A stretch of 62,453 nucleotides of DNA, counting the filler, from Choristocarpus tenellus KU-1152 (lineage: Eukaryota > Protista > Phaeophyceae): assembly GCA_964200185.2 (NCBI GenBank). It is 10 parts of 10 records of this genome, joined end to end, with 100 filler letters (N's around TTAATTAATTAA, not from the genome) between each part and the next. Parts side by side here need not be neighbours in the genome. Positions count along the whole stretch, not along the records: positions 1 to 4,542 come from CAXNAD020014080.1; positions 4,643 to 12,380 come from CAXNAD020005657.1; 8 more parts are not named here. One strand, given 5' to 3'. Within the stretch, counting starts at the first letter, position 1. Each line of letters begins with the position of its first letter. Below, in pieces: positions 1-12,480 of the stretch. Below the pieces are notes generated by a model, which saw only the letters and a program-made list of their open reading frames with translations, did not search any database and was not told the origin of the DNA. Made by a program: the position numbers and the translations under genes.

Positions 1-190
1 ATGCAACATCAACATCATGCACCAGAATTACCCTTCAGCATTACCCTTCAGCATGCAACATCAACATCATGCACCAGAATTACCCTTCAGCATTACCCTT
101 CAGCATTACCCTTCAGCATGCAACATCAACATCATGCACCAGAATTACCCTTCAGCATTACCCTTCAGCATGCAACATCAACATCACAAT
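1..190. repeat. Tandem minisatellite, ~52-65 bp units built from ATGCAACATCAACATCATGCACCAGA plus 2-3 copies of ATTACCCTTCAGC
   Basis: Three to four near-perfect units seen directly; explains the repetitive ORFs 1..363, 17..235 and 69..272. Confidence 0.9.
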
Positions 191-270
191 GGATGCAAAA
201 ATCAGACAAATGGTGCGGCAGTGCATCAACCCTAACCCTAAGCCCAAGTCTCTCCGTGCGATCCAAATCT

Positions 271-380
271 AAATTGACCAATCACGAGCAAGCAAAATTT
301 AAAAAAGCCGCCAATAAGTGCAACTCAAAAAAATTGACCAATCACGAGCAAGCAAAATTATAAAAAAGCCGCCAGTAAGT
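271..380. repeat. 60-bp tandem duplication (AAATTGACCAATCACGAGCAAGCAAAATT...GCCGCCA)
   Basis: Identical 29-mer at 271-299 and 331-359, with similar downstream sequence. Confidence 0.85.
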
Positions 381-664
381 ACAACTCACAAAAGGACAAG
401 GCTAAAAAGGCAAACTCTGTTCCTGATACTCACAGAGTCCCTTCCCCACATAAGTTTCAGTGTCAAGTGGTATATTCACCGTATGTTTTTATTATTGATA
501 ATATTAAAATAATAATAATAATAATAATAATACTATTTTCATACTATTAATAACTATTATCATTTTCATAATATTAATAGTAATTATTATTATCCTAATA
601 TTAATGTTAGGGAGACCAACAAACTGAACTTCTCAGTGTGAAGGACGGTGCACAGCTGCATTAA

Positions 665-697
<33 letters not shown>

Positions 698-834
698 CAT
701 TATTATTATGTTTAGTGTTAGGACACAGGATAGGACAGAGACATATGTATCAGCTGAAAGAGCAAAACCTCATTTAATTCAGCTGCAAGAACTAGCTTCG
801 TAACAGTAATACTTCACTGCAAAACCTGACACAG

Positions 835-1215
835 ATGGACAATACCAACAGGATCGTACCAATACAGACAGGACAACACAACACCCAAATTCCAACAGGA
901 CCATTCCAATACCAACAGGACCGTACCAATACAGACAGGATAACACAATACCCAAGTACCGACAGAACTATTTCAATACCGACAGGACCATTCCACTACC
1001 AACAGGACCGAACCAATACAGACAGGATAACACAATACCCAAGTACCGACAGAACTATTTCAATACCGACAGGACCAATCCAATACCAACAGGACCGTAC
1101 CAATACAGACAGGACAACACAACACCCAATTTCTGACAGAACTATTCCAATACCGACAGGACCACTCCAGAACCGACAGACCAATCCGATACAGACAGGC
1201 CCACTCCAATTCCGT
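835..1215. repeat. Higher-order minisatellite, ~87-bp period made of ~21-23 bp ACAGGACC/CCAATAC subunits
   Basis: Units such as GACAGGATAACACAATACCCAAGTACCGACAGAACTATTTCAATACCGACAGGACC recur at 933 and 1020. Confidence 0.9.
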
Positions 1216-1559
1216 GAGGGCTGTCTCATTACCAACAACAACAACAACAACAACAACAAAAAATTAAAAAGTAAAAAGTAAAAAAAATGAGAAAAACAAA
1301 AGCAAGAGAGTTGTCAACACAGATTGACAGTATATTATACATCCCTAACCCTAACCTGAACCCTAACCCTTTTTACGACAAGCGTACAGACAAGGAAGAT
1401 AGACCAGGCACTGCAATTATTACTACTATTATTAACAATACCAATACTTTTTTTTATTTGCAATGCGGAATGAAAAATTCGCAAGGCAAATGACAAGGAA
1501 GGGGCCTACCGCCTACACAACAAACCTCAACAACACGCCATCCAACAGTTAAGGTTCAC

Positions 1560-2900
1560 TGTCTTCAAAAAAGGGCATTGTTGAAGGGGTTGAGATTAGG
1601 GGCGTTGTAGTGGTGAAGTAGTGTATCAAAAAGAAATTTCGAATAAAAAAGAAATTTCTAAAAAAAAACTCTCGCCTTGATTGGGTCGGTGATGCTCAGG
1701 AGGTAGCACATAACGGTGTCTCCGAAAATGTCAACAGTTGTGGTCTTCCCATAGAGCCACGGAGAGCCCATGATGTACCCGGACAGTCCCCTGAATTGAT
1801 CCTCGCTCAAGAAGCTTCCATCGTTGTATTGAGGGGAGGGGGGTGGACGAGGCACCAGCAATACCAGTCAGGAACAGAGTTGATGAGCAATATCTGTGCC
1901 GTGCCAATTTTTAAGTGATGTGGGTAACGAGAATAAGAGAGGCTTGTGGGGCAAGGAGTAAACGATGGGCAAGCAAGAAAGCACTGCCATGGTCTGTGCA
2001 CCAGCCCTCACAAGGGTATCACCTCAAGCAAGAAGATATCTACGATAATGGACCTTTGTAAGTTTAAAGATGGACATCAGTGATTCCAACACTTGCATTG
2101 AGGCTCATCAAATACAACCAACGACAGGGATCGATACAGATGAGTTGTTGAACATAACGTCGTCGCTGTAATATTGCAACTTCTAGTACTGAAGTAAAAG
2201 GTTAGCTGACGTGTACGGTCCCATGATCAACGGTTGCATCTCTGTACCACGTCTCGGCCATTGTAAACAAAGGTCGATGGACACAGTGGCTTGCACAAAG
2301 TCGTGCGACGTATTGGGTCACGAACGAGTTACGCAGATTCCATATAGTAAGATAGATATTAGAAAGGTGGGGTGGAAAGGTGTCCCTCAAAAAGGAACTC
2401 CAACGATCTTTGGTCAACGCTCACTTGGTGGGAGACTGGTGGATGATCTTGTGGCCGTGCGTGTTGTCAAATTCGCTGTAAAAGATCGCCTTCAGGTCCA
2501 CCGTAGACATGATTTTCTTTTCGCACCTAGAACTCTACAAGCCCACTTAGTAATCTACACCCAATCTCCCTACGCCAGGCCCTGCCACCTTGAACTTTCC
2601 CTCCACGTCTCGAGGACCAAATCAACGGAGCACAAATCTAGATCCTCGCAATTTTCGCTGCCCAGAGGCACCCAAGCTCAGTGATAACAAGAGTACGATA
2701 GTGACTATAAAGTGCGTCGCAGAAGGTCTTCGCCTACCATAAGGACCATCCCTGGGATGGAGGAAAGTCTTGCTGCCTTCTATTCACGCGAGATTTCCTT
2801 TTTCAAGATGTTCCGCGTATCCTAATACTTAACGTCACAGAAGGGTAACGTGAAGGGGCATCTTAGAGGATAACTGGGAAGGAAAGTGCACCACGAACAT
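1560..2900 (-). mobile_element. Highly degraded non-LTR retrotransposon remnant (possibly CRE-like)
   Basis: Frameshifted minus-strand fragments KIVGVPF*GTPF and W..PP.P...FLSEDQFR...G.P...VDIFGD..C resemble the post-RT LG.P.G motif and the L...EFR...RLG.P...D.FGDH..C motif of CRE-clade elements; no YxDD seen. Confidence 0.3.
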
Positions 2901-3091
2901 CGAGGGAAGTACCAAAGTGAAGTTGGAAGTTGGAGTTCAAAGTAACCAGAGTAATATTATTATGTTGTCGTATATAGTGGAATCATACAAATCTGCCCGT
3001 ACATCATACGATACTTCATCACAATATGGATCGGTCAGAAACCCAAAACAACCTGTGAGCAATCTGAAGGGAAAAAGAGGTTGGCTGCACG

Positions 3092-3619
3092 ATGGCGACC
3101 GACCTCTCGGCTCGGAGGCTGCGTAAGGAGTATATGACTATCAGCAAGAATCCCGTGGAGAATATCCAGGTGTCTTGGGAAGGGTGGAATCCTTGATGGG
3201 AGAGAATACGTGTCTTCGTTGGAGACCGTTGTTGCGAAGTATCTCAGGGGATATTACGAAGATTAGGGAGGGCAGAAGGGAAGTTTAGGATGAAACTAGC
3301 ATATATTGAAGACTTCATCCGTATGTTTTGATTGTCGACTACTGCGTGCAGGTGATTGATTTTGTAGGTTATCTTCGCACGATCAGGTTTTGTTGCTACG
3401 AACAACAAGTGTAGGCTCGAGGACACAGAAAGATTGCAGCTATATGCCAAAGAAGACCCTCCCGTCCTTAATTAAACCCATCCATTGCAAAAAATTCACG
3501 TCCAACAGGCCGTTCCCATGGAAACAAACATCCTGGAGTGGCACTATGTCATCACTGGGACAAAGGGTACTGCTTATGAGGGCGGTCACTATCATGGCAA
3601 GCTCAAGTTCCCCCCAGAG
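3092..3619 (+). CDS. UBC6: Ubiquitin-conjugating enzyme E2 J (Ubc6/UBE2J family), first two exons; gene runs off the contig end
   Basis: Exon 3092-3169 MATDLSARRLRKEYMTISKNPVENIQ|GT; exon 3509-3619 after CAG, AVPMETNILEWHYVITGTKGTAYEGGHYHGKLKFPPE|GT. Phase-0 join; NILEWHY..G..GT.YEGG.YHGKL.FP is the Ubc6/UBE2J signature. Confidence 0.93.
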
Positions 3620-4542
3620 GTGAATCAGTGTGATAAAGAGGAATGGGAGGAAAACTTATATTCAAAGGATATCTCGTTATATGGCATTGAGTTTTTACCT
3701 TGCTTTGTGCTACGCCCTCCTCTTTCCTGGTAGTAACCGCCACATGTACTCACCCCTCACCTGCCAGCCTCCCTTGGGTCTTCATCTACGGCTTCTCACA
3801 TGCTTTCCTTTGTTCCTCCTTCGCCGTACTAGAACTCAGTGCTGCCCGTCGTCATCATTAAGTCACTGCCTGGTTGTGGTTTGCAAACCTGTATCGAGGA
3901 CCCTCACCTACATGTAACGGTCGGATCTAGAACAGACAACTGAGACAGTATTGAGACCAATCGATGTCACTGTCGGTGTTACATCACTGCCAAATATGAG
4001 CAGAATTCTCGTTTGGGTCGAATCGATACACTAGTCGCGGATGGGGCAATCACCCCATATTTTCCTATTGAATCAACTACCACAACCACAAGAGTACAAC
4101 ACATTGGATATTGCGCTACATGCCGAGCACATTTTGGACACTTACACCCCTCTCTCCTACCCAAAACCCATTACCTGTTAGTTAGCAAATAGTAGCACTA
4201 GTTCTATTTCAAAACTGTCACTTATGGTTACAGTGCACCTACTAGAGTTTCACCTACATCAACAGCAACATGGTTATTTCACAACTACTCATAGGTATTT
4301 CATAGTTTGGAAAGACAAGTGCATTCTACCTGTCAGTTAAACATGCACACAACAAAATCCGAAACCAAGAAGAACAAACGTGTAACCAAAACAAGAGATC
4401 TGCCGTACCAACACCCAGACAAGCCTTACCTGCATCTTTCACACACACACACACCCCAACCCCCCCGTATCACATCCACGAAATGCTTCAGAAATATCTC
4501 TTCTCTTCTCATACGCAGACCTGACAACCCATTCCCTCCCCC

Positions 4543-4642
4543 NNNNNNNNNNNNNNNNNNNNNNNNNNNNNNNNNNNNNNNNNNNNTTAATTAATTAANN
4601 NNNNNNNNNNNNNNNNNNNNNNNNNNNNNNNNNNNNNNNNNN
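4543..4642. other. Artificial contig spacer (44 N + TTAATTAATTAA + 44 N); identical spacers at 12381-12480, 18724-18823, 31375-31474, 34247-34346, 44939-45038, 51833-51932, 54551-54650 and 59173-59272
   Basis: Exactly 100 bp each, with a six-frame stop palindrome in the middle. Confidence 0.99.
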
Positions 4643-4729
4643 TTTCCCCCCTCCCCCTCCCCTTCCTTCATGCACCCGTTTTTTTTTTAACACTTTTCTT
4701 TTTTCTTTCCACTTGGTGTTGATGTGCAG

Positions 4730-5865
4730 GAGCGACGAGCCAAAGTTCTGTAAGGTCTTTGATGGCATAGGAAGGCGTCGCAGGCTGCTGTCGGAGGTGG
4801 AGCACGAGCAGTGGCTGTACCTGGTGCCACAAGAGCGCATCTTTGCCTGGCCTACTGTCAAAGTTGGTCAAAGGGTTACTGTGCCTCATGTCAAGAACCC
4901 CAAAGGTAAGAACAAGCTTGTGTGGTATGTTGTGTTGTGTTGTGTGTGTGTGTACCTATCGTGTTAAAGGGTGATTCTGAATTGCCAAGGCATTTTGTTG
5001 ATGTTGAGGATGACGGCTGAGTGTCCTTGCATTTTGGCTACTTTGTGGGCTGTCTTTGTGTAGTTTTGGACCCAGAGGACCTCCCGCGCAGGTCTCCCGA
5101 ACACGGAGGAAATTGGTGGGATGGGTCTGGGTGGGATGGAGGAGGTGTGCGTTTGGAAGAGCCGATCGGTCATCTTGACACCATAAGGGAAGTAATGTTG
5201 GCACCATGGCACAGGCTTGTTCTCCATTTGCAAACAACGGTGTTTAGCCCTAACCCTAACCCTAACCCTAACCGGACTGTTGAGGTGGATGTAGTGAGAC
5301 CCTCTCAGGGATAAGAGCTCACGACCATGTGATCCATGTGTTGGTTCAACGAATACTCAATGAACACCTCACAGGCACCCATCCCCCGTTGCTGCCCTGC
5401 CTGCTTTTGAGGTGATGTTTCTGGTCATACCGAGTGCTCGTCGCTGTCTATCTACCAGTAGCCTTCTTAGCATCTTTGAAAGAGCTTGGGTGAAACACAA
5501 GCTCTGACTCTCACAAGTGTTGAGTCTCCTGGGTCACCTTGAGAGTACAGTCACCTCAAGAGTACTCGCAGAGGGCAAAGATGGTGCACGACGCCCATTG
5601 GGTAGTATGCATTGAACCAGTGTGTGTGTGTGTGTAAACACATGCATTACATGGTTGTGTGCTCTGATCCCTGAGGGGTCTCACTACATCCATCTTGACC
5701 GTCTGGGATACCCTTGCTTGTAAAAAGGAATACACACCCTCTATATGCACATCTCCATCCTTCCTGGACCCACTCCCCCCCCCCCCTTGAGTCTTTCGTT
5801 TTCTCGCTCTCCCTCTCTCCCTCCCTCTCTCTCNNNNNNNNNCCCCCCCATTGAGTCTTTCGTTG

Positions 5866-5904
<39 letters not shown>

Positions 5905-5997
5905 CTCTTTGCTGTGTGAAGATGTTCCTAGTCAATGTGAAGGACCTTCCGTTGGAAGTATTTCGCCCTGGGCACAGACTTAATACTTAATATTTGG

Positions 5998-6038
<41 letters not shown>

Positions 6039-9000
6039 GATGCGCATTAGCAGAGGACAAAATGGTCAAAGTAGTCAAAATAGTCAGTATGTGGCTTGGT
6101 GTGATTGTATATAATACTAGCATTTGAAGGGGATTGTGTCCCCAACGTCATGGACTGAAGTGGGTGGGGTGATAGAGACGTAGACCAACATGTGCGGTTT
6201 TCAGAAAAGGATATTCTCACTGGATGACAGGTAACATATGATATAATCAGTATCAGGCGATCTAATATCAGGTCCCTAGTCAATCGGAAATCACTTCATC
6301 TGAGGGTAGAGCTAAATTGGAAATAGATGGAAACGCAAAGGTGGCTCCGCCTTTCCTTATCTGCTCCACCAGTGGTTTCTATAGTTAATCGGGACCACTA
6401 TCCACTGGCACCTCCCCAGTGGCCTTGGCATGCGCCATTTTGGTGTGTAAAGATTATCCACATGCCCTAACCCTAAGTTTGCATGGTCCGTGCATCCTCT
6501 ATCGATTCTCAACACTTCTTCTCAACACTTGTGCCTCACTCACTCACTCACTCACTCACTCACTCACTCACTGCTCAAGTTGAGATGTTCCTGAAACGTG
6601 TCCAAACTTGTCACCGAAGCACTTGGAATAATTGTTTGGAATAATTAAAGTATCCCTTCAACGGCGATGTCATCGAGTCAGGCCATACAAACCAAAAGCT
6701 TTCGTCGTACCTGTGAGTACACGAGGCTGGTGAGTCTTCTGCGTCCAGAAGAAGTGAGGTGGAATTGACCCTAACCCTGAGTAGTCGAAAGCGAAACAGC
6801 TTGCTCAAAAGTGGTAAGTCTGATCGTACTTCTTGGCCCTCCTCTGGGAGGGGAGGGAGGAACTGCAAGTATACCTTGGAACAGGCGTGTTGTGTAAGAG
6901 CCGGTTGACTTGTTGGAGATAGGCCATGATCTCTTCTAGGTTGGCTGTAGTTGTAGGGGAAGGACAGGACTGAGTGATTGCACATGTATAAGCAATCTTA
7001 ATAACCCTTGACCTTGGCTACAGGTGTGAATAGACTGCCCCACGACTTTGGCAGGAAATGCATCAGTGTCAGTAGCATCACTAGCAACCCTATGAAACCG
7101 ACCAGCCAGTCCTTACCTTCAGGGGGGTTTTTGTTGGAGAGGTTTGCTCTACCTGGCTTTGCCCCTCACCTTCAGCACCATCATCGCAGGCTAACCCTTA
7201 GGGTTAGGTTTGTGGCCCCAGGACATGCTAGAAGTGTGTGTGCTTGCAATCCATCTGTTACAGATATGACTATGCATCCTGAGGCATACCAGGAGAGGCA
7301 TTAAGGGAACCACCACAAAGATGCTTGTCTGTGTTGGGATCCATCAGGAGGCCCAGGGCCTGCTTCAGTAGAGGGAGTATGGCGCCATCATGATCTTGTC
7401 ATCCACCCACCGGAGGCCTTCCCCATCGATTGAACTAACCCTAACCCTAATTAACTAACGTGGTCGGCTGATCTTAGCAAGGCAAAGCAAGTCGCTCCTT
7501 GGCAGACTTGAAGGATGCAGCTGTGTATCTAGCTCTGTCATAACTCGGGCGGTGCGATTCCCAAAATTTCATGATATCTACATGATCCTCTCAAATGTAC
7601 ATGATCCCTCCAGTGCTTGATAGGACTGTCATGAATGAGCAGGTTCCTAGACTGCATAGAATCATGTGGGTTAGGGTTAGGGTTAAGGGTGGAGAGTGTC
7701 AAATTGATTCGATTAGTACAGTACACTGATCTACCACCACCACCCCCCCCTCCCCCCCCCCCCCCCAATGGTTGCTTGATGACCATCTGCCAAGTTATTC
7801 TTTACAACTAGATATTTTTCAGGTAAGGAATGCACCCCCATGATGCCCCGTCAGGTTCCTCACAAAACTCTTCAACATACCTGTGACCTCGGGGACCCAG
7901 CCGGGAGCCTGGGATACCTTGTTGTCATTGGAGTGCTTGGTAGGGGGCTATGTCGACTCCTATAGGTGTAATATTGACTACAATATTTAGAGCTTGACTG
8001 GTCAGATATTACATGCACGATCATATTTGATATAGCCAAACCTGCCCCTTGATGTCCCTACCTCGTCCTCTGGAGGCTCGTGGGGGACTCTTTGACATGT
8101 TTGATGTCATCCATGCCCCAATCACCAGTTGCAACATTGTAGACGGCCCTTTCTATTGCCCAAGAGAGAGGAATCCCCATGCCTTTAAAAAAAAACACTC
8201 ACGTGGGAGGAAGAATAGACCACCCCTAGTGGTGACAGGTTCCTCTTGCTGCACCCAGACAACTTGATCTTGCCCTGTGTCAAGGGGAAGATTGTTGTCC
8301 AGCAACTACCCTGCTATGCCACCTGCACATGCCTGGGTCTACCTCCATTACCTGCATTCAGCACCTGTAGTTGTGGCTGGTAGGGGGTTAGGGTTAGGGT
8401 TGTCAATGAACATATCGTCAGGCGTTTGGTGTTGTGTCACCACATGTTTTGTGCATTCTCGTGTTAATAGGGGTTTTTTTCATAGTTTGTATTGCAGGAA
8501 GTATGGACTGTAGCTCTGCACCTGTACTACTTTTTATGTTGTATATTTTATATTGTATATATTGTCGTACTATTTTTTATGTTCTAGGGTTAGGGTTATA
8601 TATATATATATTGTCGCTGTATTACATGAACATTTGTCCAATGACAGGGTGGCAAAGGTCCACCTCTGACCAACACCAAGAGTCCAACCGAGCACAGGGT
8701 TTGAGGAAGGAAGTGGAGCAAAGAGAGTGTTACTTCAGTGTTACTTCTCACCGCAGTACGTAGGTTAGGGTTAGGGTTACTAGCAAGGTAGAACAAACAG
8801 GGGGGTATGGTACCATTGATGTAGTTACAACATAAGAGGTCCTGCAAGGGTTAGGGTTAGGGTTAACCTCGTAGTAGCACCTTTGACCACAGCTTGAGGT
8901 AGTCTCCAAAGTTTAAGTGAAGATGCCATAGTAATTGTAGTATTATTGCATGCGTATGAATCCGTCCAGGTCAGGTCTATGAATGTCCTATTCCTAGATA

Positions 9001-12000
9001 TTGCATGCCTATGAATACGTTGAGCCAACACTGACCCGCTCTGTTTGCCCTATCACTAGGGGGCATGCCATTGCACTCGTTGCACTCACTCCTAGTTGCC
9101 TTTGTGACCTGATGAATGTGCCACTTCTCCCAACCAACGCCTTTGCAATGACAGGAACTAAAGAGGTGTCAGGGCGGTCTTGCTTTGCATCAGACTTTTA
9201 TTTTTTCTATTTCACCTCATCAGATCATGAGACCACCTTGGCCTTGACCTCCTCCTGTAGGCATTTTATGTTTGAAAAGAAGGAGTGACCTTGAAAAGAC
9301 CTCGAGAGGATCTTAGGCTCGACCTTGAAAGAATCTTAGCTTCTCCCGGTTACATTGCTTACCCCACATTTTGTTGAAAATCGCCTCATCCAGGTGGTTG
9401 TCGTTCAGGCATGTCTTGTCTTGACAGATGTCCCTATCGCAGCCACATCCGTGATAGCCCTAACCCTAATCCTAACCATCCTGCCACACCTGACCTCTAA
9501 CCCACTGCTGAGCTGAAGGGACTGGTCTTCCCCCGATACTGTTCCCACCTGCTTTGAAAGTATACACCAGTGGGCCCTACAAAGCTTAATCATAGGTCTC
9601 ACCCTAACCCTGTAGAACATGCAAGTCTCATGTCTACTACAATAGCTCATTGTGATGTGTGGGTGAATCAAATCTCATCTCGTCAGTCCAAGTATTTCCT
9701 GACAGATCCCGATAGATCCTCCCTCCATGCCGATAATGCTTTCTCATTGAGAGACAACCCTCGCATGAAATATTATACTCACATAAAAGATGTGCGGTCC
9801 CATCCCTTTGTTCAACAAACCTTACGCCATGCAATAGGCCGATGTAACCCTAACCCTAACAACTGGCCACCCGACTTCTCATGGGCAGGACTGGTTCCCT
9901 TCAGTCAGGCCAGGCTTCACCCCACTTTTGGAACCAGCTCTGTCTACTGACTGTTTATACACGTGGCTCCATTTGACTACGCCTTTCCATGTACTATAAG
10001 CACCTTCCTGTAGTCGATCCAGTCCCGTGGTAGTGTCTCGATAGTTCTATGGCATTAGGGTTAGGGACATGTTTATATATAGCTCGGGGTTAGGGTTAGG
10101 GTTAGGGTTAGTAGCAATAGCACTTCATTGAAACCCTTGATTGTTTGCAGTGCGGTGAGGGTGAAGTGAGACAAGTTAGGGTTAGGGTTATTTTTCATCC
10201 AGTCGAGCATTAGCACTGTCAAATATGTATGCCAATGCCAACACTGTATATATGAAACCTCTAATCTAGGCGACAAGAGAGGTGATCCCTTTCTCTTCCT
10301 CAAGAGCAAACCCTTCCTCCTTCTCGGTCAACAAATAATAAATAATATATAATGATGGGGTACGCTGCTCTGCATTCTTGTTGACACCAGTAGTATCCAT
10401 CCTTGATAACACCAAGAGAGGCGTGTATGTCGATAATTATCTTTCATGTTTCCCACTTTCTATTCTGCCTACTTGTTTTCATATGACGCCACACCTTCCT
10501 TTCCTTTCCTCTGCTTTTATTTTATTGTTTATTGTATGATACAGAAAAAAAAGAAACTGTTTTATATTTTTGCTCATGAGCTGGTCCTTCTTCCGGAGAA
10601 GTAAAAGACATTTCTCAGCAATTATTGTTTCTCTTTTGAAGGGCATGACATCCACCCCAACAACCTACACAATTGTGTGTGTGTGTGTGTGTCAAATCAA
10701 TCGTGCGTCTAAAATTGCTCACAATAAGAGATAAAATACTCTATGATGCTCAATGTCACCCCAACGTTGTTGTCGTAATGAAGGTTAACGTGGGTGTCAA
10801 TGTGTAGGGAGGCGTTTGTGTCGTACATTTTACTTGATAGGTGTGTTGTTCGTGACTGCTGTGTTGGGATTTTGTGCCTTTTTTTTGTGGGGGGGGGGGG
10901 GGTTGGGCGATGGGGTGTTAGGTACTTGTTAGGGAGTTTGTATATGCGTGGGAAGTATTTGTACGTGAGTTTGTATATGCTTTTTTGCATGTCCTTTCAC
11001 TTCTCAGGAAGTTGTCAGGCTTGAAGTATCTTGGGGGGGGGGGTGGCGGCTGTCCATTTGGGGTAAAAAAAAAATTGTCGCAATTTTGGGGTTATTTGGT
11101 TGCATATGTCTGATGGATAATGTAAACACACTTTTCCTGATTTTGACCCAAATGGACACCCTAGTGTAGACCCCCCCCCAGACAGTGTTGCGCTGTTGGT
11201 AGTTTGAGGCACATCATCGCCATCGTAGACACTGTCAAATGAAACTGTCAAATGAAAGTGTTGCATGAGAGTAAAGATTGGTTTAACTATATATTGTTCG
11301 CATACATCGGAGAAGCACCATACCATACCATACCATACCATCAACATAAACAAGATGCATGGAACAGTCTCATCAGTAGCAGTAAGAAATAGTTTCAGTA
11401 CTAAACCGCAGGGAAGAAGGCTCTCGTCTTCTTACACTCTTTCTAAAGTTAGTGATAGTGATTAGTGAAGTATGCCAAGTGAAGTATGCCACAGAATCTT
11501 CTCGGTGGACAAGCACACCATGGGAAGGTGGGCGGGGGAGGGGTTCTGGTGATGATCGCTTATCAAGTACAAGCTTGCTTGACTTCTACAGGCAGTACCT
11601 AGTCATAACATACCTGTCTTGATACAAAAACACTTCAACACCACTGATCTGCTTCTTGTCTCATCTTGTTATATTATCTTATTATCTTATCGTGTTATGT
11701 TATCATGTTATGCTATCTTGTAATGTCACCTTGTCATCTTATCTTGTTATATTGTCGTGTTATGTTATCTTATTATATTATCTTGTAATCTTATCATGTT
11801 GTCTTGTCTTGTCTTGTCTTGTCTTGTCTTGTCTTGTTAAAATGGTGTCTCTTGTGTTGTGACCAAAACCAGGTGAGAGTGTTATGGTGGAGACTTTGTC
11901 TGACTCCCCTAGGGTGTTCATGCTATACAACTTCATGGACACCACAGAAGCAGACCAGGTCATGCAGGATGCCCTGGCCATGACTGAGGAGGACTTTAGG

Positions 12001-12006
12001 CTCAAG
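4730..12006 (+). CDS. Prolyl 4-hydroxylase-like 2OG-Fe(II) dioxygenase, two internal exons separated by a 6967-bp intron
   Basis: Exon 4730-4905 (SDEPKFCKVFDGIGRRRRLLSEVEHEQWLYLVPQERIFAWPTVKVGQRVTVPHVKNPK-g|GTAAG) joins in phase to exon 11873-12006 (CAG|gt-ESVMVETLSDSPRVFMLYNFMDTTEADQVMQDALAMTEEDFRLK|GT). ETLS..PRVF...NF....EAD is the start of the P4H alpha catalytic domain. The catalytic HxD lies outside the contig. Confidence 0.8.
5000..10000 (-). mobile_element. Decayed Ty3/Gypsy-like LTR retrotransposon, antisense inside the P4H-like intron
   Basis: Minus-strand remnants in Gypsy order: possible gag/Zn-knuckle ~9050-9150; protease-like TDSYACNN ~8940-9000; RT-like PPLPEE...F.FDYSG..Q...DAEDS...MTSPLKGYFNYSKQLFQ 6610-6980; RNase H-like ~6150-6450; integrase-like TVKMDVVRPL ~5660-5710. 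Many stops and frameshifts. Confidence 0.55.
5272..5706. repeat. Imperfect inverted duplication (arms ~5272-5384 and ~5580-5706)
   Basis: TGGATGTAGTGAGACCCTCTCAGGGAT (5286-5312) is the reverse complement of ATCCCTGAGGGGTCTCACTACATCCA (5667-5692); homology extends both ways. Confidence 0.85.
11018..11193 (+). mobile_element. MITE family A (~180 bp), degenerate intronic copy
   Basis: GGCTTGAAGTATCTTGGGG..GGCGGCTGTCCATTTGGG...AAATGGACACC..CCCCAGAC; aligns to copies at 51933-52043, 55896-56075 and 57691-57867. Confidence 0.85.
11656..11836. repeat. Degenerate-to-perfect (TCTTG)n pentamer tract just upstream of a splice acceptor
   Basis: Variants TCTTG/TTATC/TCATG grade into perfect GTCTT repeats at 11800-11836. 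Confidence 0.85.
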
Positions 12007-12480
12007 GTGTGCGTGCGTGATATCACTATCATTGATCTTGGTAGTCAATCTTGACTCTACCTCTACCTTGAATAAGTATAAGTGGAATGAGCCAGAGTAT
12101 CTCAGAGGTTAGGGCTAGGGTTAGGGTTAGAGGAGGATTGGGGTTGTAGTCCTTTTGTCTTGGAAGGGTATACAAATGTGGTGCCTCACATTTCAGTTTC
12201 ATTTCAGTTTCATTTCAGTTTCATGCCCCAGGTCCTTGTAATCCCTACTAGGAATAAGTAGAAGAATCGACCCTGCGGATTGATGTTTTTTTTATTTGAT
12301 TGGACGGCATCATTCGTATTGAAGAAAAAAAAAAGGTCAGTCGTAAAGATGATAATCAGAAAAAAAAGAAAAAAAAGTCANNNNNNNNNNNNNNNNNNNN
12401 NNNNNNNNNNNNNNNNNNNNNNNNTTAATTAATTAANNNNNNNNNNNNNNNNNNNNNNNNNNNNNNNNNNNNNNNNNNNN

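Noticed and set aside
228-246. True chromosome telomeres at any TTAGGG tract
   Set aside because: All tracts are under 30 bp, internal and flanked by ordinary sequence on both sides.
1-1281. Repetitive ORFs 1..363 and 835..1281
   Set aside because: Products of tandem repeats; no family motif or splice support.
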